From assembly GCF_037042905.1 (NCBI RefSeq), contig NC_087256.1, positions 11,098,001-11,162,000 on the forward strand: 64,000 nucleotides of DNA, given 5' to 3'. How positions within the stretch are numbered: position 1 is the first letter of the stretch; every line of letters begins with the position of its first letter. Source of the DNA: Lytechinus pictus. Its lineage: Eukaryota. The translations under genes and the position numbers were made by a program. Below the pieces are notes generated by a model. It ran no database searches, was not told the DNA's origin, and saw only the letters and a program-made list of their open reading frames with translations. Positions 23,901 to 35,900 of this stretch are shown here, piece by piece.

Positions 23901-26900
23901 TCCTTTCTCATTTCCCATACTCCTTTGTTTCTCGGTACAAGTGACATAATAAACTTGTAGGCTATCGAGAAGTTTATATAAAAGAAACACGATATTTTTT
24001 TTCAAGAGTAGAGTTGAACAGCTATTATTGCAACTATAGAGAACTGAAAGTAAGCTGATGAAATCAAGCAAATGACCGTAAAATAAGAGTTTGTGAATTA
24101 CCTGTTTTAATCGCCTCCACTTTGCTCTTCTGTTCTGAAACCAGGTTTTTACCTAAATAGAATCGGAAAAGGAAGAATAAAATACTTTCAAACAAATCGA
24201 ATATATCACTCTAAACCAACAACTCTAAACTTGATCTAATTACTGAATACCGTACGTATAAGCTAATTACTAAATGCAATCAATATACTTACAATCAAAA
24301 AAAAAAAAATACCGTACGTATAAGCACACCCAACACACCTGTCGGAAAGAAAAAAGGAATCTTTTGAAAGTACATGTATAACACTATATATATAGATTCC
24401 TATAAAGGCATGGGAAGGTGATGAAACCCATCTCATCTAATTTGACACAAGAACTGAGATAAAAATCAATTCAACAATTCTAAATTAATATATGCAGTAT
24501 ATTAATAATAAACTATTGTACAGCCTTATGTAACAACAGCTCCAAGTTATTAGCTATATATAAGAGACAAAAGTTTTATCATCATTGAGAAGATGAATAA
24601 ATAAAATGTGTCCTTTTCGCTTTTAAGCGACGACTTTCGGTTTGGATTTTATTTCATGTGGATCGGAATGATAAAAGTGAAGTAATGAAAACATTTAAGT
24701 GTGTAATTGTTTAAAATCAGCAAACGTTTTTTTTTCAATTGGTTATAAATCATTTTGGAGTATTAGATTAAAAACACAAAACAAGTTTATAACATAATGC
24801 ATTTTCAGTTTCGGGATTAATTCAAACTTATCAGAGGGACTCGGCCTACCAATGACATGTTTCTTTGAAATGAAGATTTTAGATGAATTTGATCATAAAA
24901 TTTTCCAGCCTCTATCGAAGTCATATATGTCCTAAAATTTCCTTCCCACGCCATGCTGGAGAAATATTTCTTTTTTAGCATTAAAAAGAAAATTATAAAT
25001 ACAAAGTCTTGAACATGACATCTTTCATTTTCACAATTTTATTGTCAGATTGTAAATGGTGCTTGATGATATACCCATCTTTTTTATTAAACAATGAATG
25101 CAAGTTTGAAAATGAAGTTCTCCAAAACTTCTCATTCTTAATATAGGCTTTAAATTAACAGAGTAAACAGAAAAAAATGAAAATCCCATCAAAGTCAAGT
25201 GTTTGAAGAAAAACATGCGACAAGTTTGGCATTAAATCGTAATCATAATCAGTAAACCGATGATGTCATAATCTCACAATTGCCCATATTTTTTATGTGA
25301 TTATTTTTTTCACAACAGATGCAGGTCAACAAAAAATTTCTTCACAGTCGTACAAAATTTTATTTCACTTATTCCATAAGAAGCCATTAATTTATTATTT
25401 TTCTCTTCACTAATATGAACAGCTAATAAATGATTGCAAAACTTTGAAATTATTTTTTTGTTGTCGTTGATTGCAAAGATAATTGTCAGCATGGTCAGTG
25501 TATTGGTTTTTATTTCAAAGACCCTTTTTTGTATATGATCTGTTTCAATCTGATTTTCGTGTAGGTGGTTATGATCAAGGATTTTTTTAAAGGGGGCACA
25601 TTTTTCGTAAGAAAAAATTGACAAACCTCCCCCCCCCCAAAAAAAAAAAAATAATAATAATAAATTAACCAAAAATTAAGGAGATTTTGTCCCAGAAAAA
25701 TTTAAGAAGCAAAAAAAAGTCTTCATTTTCAATTCAAAAGGGTGCACATTTCTGTTTCAACGGCATTTTTACAATACAAATTTTAATTTTGCTTCTCAAA
25801 GGGTGGGGGCACCTGGATCCGCCAGTATATAGTTATGGTACATTAATGTGTAACACGTTGGCTCAATGGTAAATGATTAGCTCATTATAAGTGGATCTAC
25901 ATCTACGCCTCTCGAATCATAGTTATGAAGCTCACGATTATTCGATTCATATCAAACTTATACTACTCTCGAACACTTCCAAATCCTAAATCCCACAGTT
26001 TGAGACTATCGATAATTTACTGTATTATACGTTTCTATGTTCAGGATATTCCATCTTCTCTACACACATGCTTATCCTCGTTCTCTTTATTAAATCTTAT
26101 CCCACCCCCCCCCCCCTTCTGTCTGTCTCTCTCTCTCTCTCCATCTATCTCATCATTCTATTCTTCTTTTAAGTATGACTGAAAAAAACATTGGAGAAAG
26201 CGTTCTGCTCCGAATTTGATGTTCAAAACTGGTCGAACATAAATGTATACATGGATCGTTTCAGCATTTAAACTAGTATACTGAAGTGCTTCTGTTATAG
26301 TTTAGCATCGAGAATAAAGACACCGCCAGTATTATTGTGATGAGTAGATTTTTTTTTATTGCATTTGTATGCATGCAGATGGTGGCGTCTTCAAACGCCC
26401 ATCAACGATGCTACGCCTCGTACCACAATATCTCAACCTGTTTGGAGGGCTGTTCACTTCCAAATACCACTACTTGAGAAGCACCACTTATCCCCTCTTG
26501 CCATTATCCATCTCATTGCAATACACCCCTTCATAGAGCATTAATCCCCCTCATGCAAGGCTCCATAGAGATGTTTGAACAGGCGGGGTAATATAGTACC
26601 CCCTTTCGGGAGTCTATTTGCCCCCCATCCGTGGGATATTTGCCCCTCTCTGGTCAAAGACAACAGTGTTAGTAGGATTTGGAGTCTTTCGACGAGAGCT
26701 AGGTCAATAGGTGCACAAAGGAGTGCCCGTCTGCTTCTAAATCATTGGTTTGTGATTTTCACTTTCACCTCTCAAAGAAAATGACGAAAGAACAGAAAGG
26801 AGACGGATATAATATAGGATTTGGTGGGGTTCTGAGACTTTTTACTACAAAGTTAGGTGGAAAGCCCTAGAATCCGGTGGCTGATTAATTTGCAGGAGAG

Positions 26901-29900
26901 ATCGGTCACATTAATTTTTCTAACGAAACTTTTAGTTGACCTGTCTATATCAGATGACAGAGGGAAGATTTGATAGTGCTTTCAATTGAATCAGTAGCAG
27001 TATAAGAATATATTTACTTGTCTGTTACAACAAGGCTGTATGTCGCCGATAAGGAGGCGATTAAGAAGCCCAAATCGCTCTCGCAAATAGGTTTAGAAAA
27101 CTAATGAATATTCAAAAGGTTTTTAAGCTTTGATACCCATCTTTTGGGGTTCGCATGGACATTCGCTTTGATGACATGATCATTTTGTTGATGTCTAGAT
27201 ATTTCATTTTCACTGATCAAACACTAAAGTAAACATGAGTTTTTGTTTTCTGTGAATTCAATTTACTTATTAAAGTCCTCTGTTTTTAGTGCTCTCGACC
27301 AAGCCTCGATATAGACGGGAAACGCCCACTTGTACTTTCGTAAACAACATGGAAGTTAAACGACATTCTAAGTGAAACTAAGATGTTAAAGTAATCAAAC
27401 TTTAAAACAACGATTTGGCTGCCGTATTTTGCAAATGTATAGTACTAGTACATATTGATGTATTTCAAGTTCTAAATAGGTATCAACAGTCGCCCAAACA
27501 AGCCAATTAGATACCGAATGATAGACTCATTCCGAAGGAATCTCTGAACATATATATATATAAATACATATACGATTTTCAAGATATAAATTTTATTAAT
27601 AATTTGTTTGAAAAGGTATATTACGAATTTCTTTTATCATCATTGTGGATTTAACATCATCAAAATCATGGACCGACTGGTATTATCCTGGTGTAAGATC
27701 CTACTCCGCGTTTGGTGTCAATGTGATTCGAGCTGTAGAGGTTCTCCTTGCTCAAAGAGCCACTTAATAACATATACATGACGATAAAATGATTTTCAAC
27801 CTGGACTTGATGTATTTTACACCATCAATAATTACTATACGCCACCATGCACCTGTTGTTATCATGTCCCATGGCATAAACCGACTAAAAGTTACAAAAT
27901 AATGGTAATTCAACACAATACACCCACTTCAATCGTGTACACGGTTCCGCCATTTTATATTTCATAAGATAGATAAAATGGATGGTGAAATGTTCACAAT
28001 CATCTCTTCCTCTCTCTCTCTTTCTCTCTCCTTCTCTTTTCCTTTGTTTCCCTCTCTTTCTCTATCTTTCATCATGAAAATAGATTATGAGTAGGATCGA
28101 AACCGGAAAAAGAGTGTGTTGTTGAATGCTTTAATCTTTTCCTGTACAGCTCTTACTTTGGCCTCTATCACAACAGAATCACCTATCATCGATAATACAT
28201 TGATAAGTTGAACTATTTCTCTCTTGGCACAATTCAAACATTCTCTGTCGTTTTCGAATATTCTGTATAGCACGTTGCAAGGGAGTCGCGTGAAATTGGC
28301 TATACCTGCTTGAATGTGCATAAGCAGACAAACTGAACCAACCCTTTATTATTATAGTTCTATAATGTCATTGAACTCAATCGTAAACATAGCTGAGTAA
28401 ACAGTAACTTCAATCCCAAACCAATATACCTTTTTGAAACCAGAGATATACCATTTAATATTAGCGTGTGTGTGTGTGTATTTGAGTTTTGTCAGACGTG
28501 TATCAATCAGATGATTATTTACGTCTGGGACCGACCTTTAACGTCACCATCCGAAAGACGTGACCAGGGCTCGAACCTCTGCATCAATTTGTAACTTCCC
28601 CACAGCTTGGATTACAAGCGCACGCCACAACGCCCAGCTTTGGAGCTCATAGATAATAATAGAATGATAGCATGAGCAGAAAATTGTGATCAAAGTTAAA
28701 TCCCCTTAGAAAGAATTCTGTCAGAAAAAAAAATTATTGAAAAAAAAATCACATACAATTATGGAAAATAACCAATGTATTTTCCCATCTATAGTATTGG
28801 GATTGTACATGACCCTCAAACAAACAAAAAGTTATCTGAATAAGTTGAAGTCAAACTTCAATTAAAATTCCATGTGAATCACCATGCATAAATAAATATT
28901 CATATTTCAGGAGCGTTACTTTTTTTAAATGAGTTATTTTGTGTAGTACTAAAATATACCATTGACCCACTTCGATAACAAAGAGAAGAAAAAAGAGATA
29001 AAAGAGAGATTACCAAGAGAAAGGTTAATGGAAACATAATATCAATCATTAAAAATAATAAAAACAAAACATCAACAACGAACCCGAATCACTAATATTC
29101 GGTCTCTTTTTTTCAACACGTTCAAGAAGGAAATATTCGCCAACCAGTTATTGTTCCCGATAATACAGATTGTGTTAACTTGACAAAGCGATTCTGTGAC
29201 CGCTTTCAAATATATATTTTTAATAAATGTCATTTAAAGCTATCATTTACAAGGAAACACCTGTGTTAGAGGGGATTTTATCTGTATAGTTATTTGTGAA
29301 TATGGAGGAAATGCCTATATAGGCCATCCCTTTAAACAATCCTATAGACATAAAAGCTTGATGATTATAAGTGATGAGCAATTCAGTAATGACAACGGTA
29401 TTACCATGATAACAGAAATCTGGAAATTGAAAATCATTCTCTGCAAACAGGCAACGTAAATTACCAATGATCGCTACTTTGTGCAAATGACGATAATAAT
29501 GTGCAAGAACTGAAATCTATAAATCGATTTGTCTGCATCTTCAGATTCTAGGAGCCAACCCGCTTCGTGATCTTGACTTGTGTGTGCCTAAAGTCATCAT
29601 CAGAATCATATTCATGCTTGACATGCATGGTCCATAGTCATAAAATTTTAAATCCACAACTTCCACTAATATAGTAACAATATGGTATTATTTCAATTTA
29701 CAGTGTATTCACCCCCAAAGTGCTCTGACATCTTGTTTGTCTGCGCATGTGCAGACATGGTGTGCTTAAAACTATATCTTCCAGATGCGACCATTATCAT
29801 TATAATACAGGAACTAAATGAAATAACGACGAAAAAGAGAGAGGTAAAGACTGAAATAGAAAATACGAAAGCATAACGGAAAAGACTCTTCTTTACGGTG

Positions 29901-32900
29901 CATTTAGGATAGTATTACTAATTTGTTGTTCCCGCTATATTCTTAATCTGGGTTATAATGCTAGGTTTTTGATGATATACATGTGTTGATATGGATCGAT
30001 CTAATCAGGGGCCGTGGAAGCGGGGGCTAGGGGGGGCTTCAGCCCCCCCCCCCCTCCCCACTTTTTACCATAACCGTGTACAAAAACGTAAAAATGACCA
30101 TATGATTGTGATTTTTTGCATGGTCAGCCCCCACTTTTGTCTCAACCCCCCCCCCACCCCCCCCCCCCCCACTTTGAAAACCGTTCCGCGGCCTCTGCTA
30201 ATAGTATTTGTATTAGAGCTTCCTTCCTCGTTCAACGGTTGGAGATGATTCCGATTACAATTTTCGATATCTGCATGCTTCTATTTTTTCCAACCTTTGA
30301 GTTTGAAATAGACATATCTCACGTTTACTAAATATAAGCTTCTCCACCTCTGATATCACCATCTATTGTTATTTAATAAATGAGCAAAACCTTGATCGAG
30401 ACACCACAAGTAATTTTACAATATATATATTTTTAATTTTGACATCTCCCTCTGCCATGCCCCCCCAAAAAAAAAAATCAATATGGAAGAAATTAACTTT
30501 GACATATATATATACAAGCCATGAGAGCCTTCTGAACCAAATTGTGTAAATTCAATAAATAAAATTGTTTCAATTAAATATACAAAAATATATCTTTATT
30601 TTTTTTCTTCATAAATCCTGACTATCAAATATCAAAATACGGCTTGGTATTGCTTCCACCCCACCATCCCCGTAAAAAAAAACATTGGAAAAAAAACCCT
30701 TCTATTTCTTGGTTATGATAAGTTTCAAATTTTGCAACCTACACATCTAAACACATCGACATGAATCATGATAATGAAAGCCTGCTACAATTATGACAAT
30801 GTGAATCTATTGCTTTTCAGTGGGTATGACGGGAGAGAAAAGAAAAACATGGGAGATTCTTCTCCCCAAACAAGAAATCTTGTTAAGCACATTTCCTTTG
30901 GCGTTCTTCCGACAGTCCGCGATTGAACTTCCTCAACATGTTCGATAAGTTATCATCTCAGAACTAAGAAAAGAAGAAGTAGGAAAGGAACATTACAATA
31001 TGAGAGAGAAGGGAAGAGAGACGGAGAAAGGAATTAATAGAAGGGAGCGAGGAGATGTGATTCCACCGGCTGGAGAGCGTTTGTGACGCCATCTCCGCCC
31101 GTGTCCGTATTCTCCTTCTCCGCTGATAGACAAGTCACTCCTTCGCACCATTTTCCTTTGTCGGTCCAACCGACATCAATCACCAGCTCAATCTTCTATT
31201 TTTCCGCCTTAACTCATTACTCTAATTTCATCATGATTGTTTTTGAAGTCTACCCGGCCGTCCAGGGTTGAACGCTGACAAAATCAGTTAAGCGCGCGTT
31301 TTTGTGACGTAATTCACAACCAATACTTCCATAATCATAATTCGGTTTTACGAGATTCATAGTCATATCGGGAGTCATATCCACTTTGTCGAGGTCTAAA
31401 CAACAAATAACATAATCGTCTCAATTCTCCTCCTATATTTGAAGCTCTTGAAATGGAAGACATGTTGCGTTTACAATTGGAAATCATGATATTGGCCAGA
31501 CAAGGGGATAAGAAAACCCCCTCCCACTGGTTGTAATACACCATTCATTTTAGTCATTTACGGTCACCCCCCCCCCCCCCCCCCGATCGCCGCCCTTGAC
31601 GTCTGATGTGAGCTGTTTGGGAAAACAAAGTAATTGATCTCGAAAAAGATAGCGATTGAAATTTCTATAATTTATAATATGTGCCAAAGCAGAAAAATGA
31701 CGGAAAGATATTATTGCCGTCAAATTACATTAATAGTCACATAACTATTTATTCTGATTTCTTATGTCAAGTTCTAAAGATAATTCTTTTCCGTGTTGTA
31801 CCTTTTCTTGTTCCAACCCTTTTTCTTGTATACATCTTGTTCAAACTCGCTAAATATTGTTTGTATGATGATAGTACGATTCCGGATCTATGGCTTGTCT
31901 TTAAAAAGTTGAAAACGAAGCTGAGAATATTTTCGGGGTTCGGGTCAACCATTCCTTGATTCAACATAGTGCACTGCAAAAACTCCGGTGTTGATTTAAC
32001 AACCAGCCCGGAATCTATTATGTCCACACCAAAGAAGTATTGAAACAACACCAGTTTGGAATCAAACCGATGCTGTCTAAGTACTAATTGGTGTTGTATA
32101 AACACATATCTGGTGTTAGACCAAAACGAAACTGGTGTTGTTTAACACTTCTCTGGTGTGGACATATATAGATTCCAGGCTAGTATTAAATCAACACCGG
32201 AGTTTTTGCAGTGTGTCTTCTAAAACCATCATCTCGCGGATTTAGAATGATGCAAGGAAATCATGGAAATGGCAAAAAGTTTGAAGAAATCAAAATTAAT
32301 AAAGAATATTAGATAGGGGTGTATATAAAAGGTTTGATATGGGAGTAGGCAGATAGGTGTTCATATTACTCATTAATTTATTTCCTTGATCAAAATAATA
32401 TAATGTAATTTTAGTTTTGTTTTATCATCAGATAATTTCCTCAAGACCTTCCTTGAAAATCATCGGAAATTATCGAGTGCAAATGGGCTTTTTCATAATT
32501 GGTGACGCATATGCCTGAAAAGGGAAATCCTGAAATGGGCAAAACAAAATATACCAAGTTAATTCTTGGAAAGTGTAAGGTATATTCTCAACGGGAAAAT
32601 CTGACAATTCTTATTTTGCATAAGCCTTATTATATATGTGCTTTATTATCATACTTAAGAATTTATTAATTCCTAGTAATAAATCTAAATATGCGTATTT
32701 AAAAAAAAAAAAAAAAGAATCCACTACAGTTAATTCAGCAAGTGATCACTTTCATTTTTTATTGTCAATTTCTGGATCCCAATTCCCAAATTTTAAAAGA
32801 AGACACCCACCCTTCTTATAGATAGGGATCTGATTTCCCTTGTCATCTCCCGCCTTTTTCTGAGAGCACAAATTCTGCATGGTAATGCGCCTTGGGACCA

Positions 32901-35900
32901 CCACGCATTTCCTCTGATCGTCTGCTAAAGAACAACCGATAAAAGGCATGATCAACTAGCGCTAACGAGGAGGAATCTTTTCATCGACCCTTTTGTCATA
33001 AACAAGAAAATGAAAAGAAATTGAGAATTTTCCCCCAGAACAGATACGTTCTAATAGTTATGTTTCTCATCCCCGTATAAGACGACGATACCTATTTTGT
33101 CGGTAAATCATTATTGAACGTATTTTCATCTGTGACATTATGTATGATTGAGGTCTTTGAGGATCTAACCAAAGTATTATTGTTCGTCATCGTGAAACTT
33201 TATTATTCTATAGGGTAGTATAGGCAATGGTTTCACTCATTAAATTAAGGAATTTTTTATTCTATTCAGCGCATAAAATTCCATGAAAATTCTGTCATTT
33301 AGCATCTTTGAATCTTCATTTATCTGTTCTTTTTTCCTAGACTCATTCAGCAGGGCGACTCCCTTTCCTTCTCATTCTACCCCTCAATCTCCCCGATTTC
33401 GAATCCCTCTCTCCCTCTATGCCCAATATTTCCATCCTAACTGTTATATGTTATCTCTCTTTCTGTCAATATAATCATCCTTCCTCCACACCACTCTCGT
33501 CCTCTCTCGCCTCTCTCCCTCGCAAACCTATAACTACAATCATTCAGCTTCAAAGAACGTACCATTCGTTTCGAAAGTTCTATATACTGTTTAAAAAAAA
33601 ACCTGACTTTACAGGGAAAAAAAACAAGATTTTGCAGAAAGCAATAACAGAATCATTCTGTAAATTCATAAAACAGGATTTTTTTTTTACAATTTAACAG
33701 AACATGTCTGTATAAAAAGGGTAACATGCATGGTCTTTTATTTAAGGAAATTTGTAAGATTCCATACACCAAATACCAATTTCCTGTAATTTTACATGAT
33801 ATAATGTAAGATTACGCAATCTGGTAAGATTACAGGTGTTCTCGAGACTCTGCTGCAGGAACTTCTTTTATTTTAAAGGGGAATCCAGCCTTGGCCATAA
33901 AATGTTGTGTTGGGAAGGTAAAAATGAATTAAACAGAATAGTGAAAGTTTGAAAGAAATCGGTCAAGCAATAAGAAAGTTATAGCTGCTTTAAAATTGAG
34001 ATCACTAATACTATGTAGATTTCAAATTGGCAACTGGGTAAGTAAATTATGACAAGGGGCAAGGACAACTTTCCCATAGGCCATGTACTTTATTATCAGG
34101 GATTTGTGGTTTTTCCCCAAGTACCCATTCCCCTGGGGCTGTAATCTAAATATAACCCGGGTAGTATATTGTTTTGTGTCCTCATGAAAGAAAAATATAA
34201 TTTGAAATAAAACTTTTGGGAAAAATGAAATTTTAGCCATAATATGTATTGGAGTATATGGAAGAGTAGTCCTTGCCTTACATCACTATGACATCCCATA
34301 TGCGGCCAATTTGAAGTCTCCATTGGTATAGTGATTACCAATTTTTACAACTTTTAAAAATTCATATCTTTCTTGTTGTTTGTCCAATATTGTTCAAATT
34401 TTTACCTATCAACTTGTCTGATTTTTCTTTTCCTTAAAAAAAAGTTTTTATTTGGGTTGGATTCCCCTTTAAGGATAAATTTTTTAACAGTGTAGGGTTG
34501 ATCCATGAAAAAACGAAAAAAAAAAGAGAGATTTGAAGTCTTTCTTACCTGTCTTTCACTCAACTGGAGCACCTTCGCTAGCTTTTTTCTTTCGGGAGGA
34601 GAGAGGTATTTCTGGTTTTCGAATTTCTTTTCCAGTTCCATCGTCTGGTCGTTAGAGAATCGGACTTGGCCTCCTTTGCGTTTGTGAAGCGGTCTCTGAA
34701 TGAATGGATTCCACAAGAAAGGTTTCCCTGATACTGCAACTACAAGGAGTAAAAAAAAAAGTTCGATTATAAGGAGGAAATATCAGAACAGCTCATTCAA
34801 ATATGAACCAAACGGATTCAGGAAGAAGTTCGTTTCCTGACACATAATGCAAAGTTTTAAAAAGTATTCAATAAATTTTCAAAATTTTGTTCAATCAACT
34901 ACTGTATATCACTCATGCTAAATATGTTATTTCGAAAATTTATCTCCTTTTTTAAAAATGAAAATCCCTTTTACCCACTTCTCGATTGGATGGAAATTTT
35001 GTTCTATTAAGAAATCTTTTGTATTTTTGTTATCTAAGTAAAACAATCTAAGTAAGTCCTTTGGCAAGGCGTTAATCCACACTTTGCCACTCTCGACCCA
35101 GGTGCTAAATGGGTACCCGGTAGGATGCGAAAGATATTGTATGTTTGATTTTGCCAGCGCCATAATGAGGCTGCGATGAATGCAAGGAATGCTCCCCAGG
35201 GAGTGGAAATTGTGCACTTTTCGAGCAGGATTGAAACGAATCCAATGACCGGGGTTAAAAATATGCTGTAACGCGCTTTGAGCCATTCTGGGAAAAGCGC
35301 TTTATAAAAATTGACTATTATTATTATTATTAACTGAAATCAAATCTCTCAGCTCTATATTGTTATACGAGAAAAATCTTTGACTTACTATAAACACGCT
35401 CGTCTATCTCTGAACATCAAAATTAGTGTGTGTTTATCCACAATGAAATTTCCTAAAACATTATTCCAGTTTTTATCTTTCGCATTTTCAGATAACATCC
35501 TTCTTTCTTTTTCTTTTCTTTCTTTTTTGGTCTAATAGCTAGGATCATGACAAGAACAGATGAATCAGAATTTGACAATAGCAGCAAAATGGATGATGCA
35601 TGATCTCATGATACACATAAAAAAAATATTACTCAATATCATGTTTTCTTTTATGACAAGATTGGATATGTTTAGCAATCATGAATTCAATTCAACAAGT
35701 ATAAATTAATTTCCATCAAAATATTGTTCAGAATTGATTTGAGGAAAATCTCAATTTCCTATGCTATCTGAGGGATACAAAAAGAAGTTCGCATTTGAAT
35801 TTGGGAAATATGATTAGAGAAAGGTTTCGTCTGTTTAAACAATGAGACAGAGATGTGCATTTGATCGAAATCAATACATTAGGTAAAGATAAACAGATGG

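Noticed and set aside
24620-25830. Possible older MITE remnants
   Set aside because: Fragmentary similarity to TTAA and G/C-tract MITEs, but termini and TSDs could not be defined.
28466-28638. Genuine SRP (7SL) RNA gene
   Set aside because: Similarity covers only the first ~45 nt; there is no S domain and no ~300-nt body, and it ends in (CA)n.
34402-34548. ORF extension VRKTSNLSFFF... after SERQ (likewise 59423-59478 and 20972-21076)
   Set aside because: Intronic read-through beyond strong splice sites; helix 3 is in the separate exon at 24102-24152.
34927-35286. Similar peptides HPTGYPFSTWVESGKVWINALPK here and at 46735-46929
   Set aside because: Antisense translation of two copies of the same SINE.
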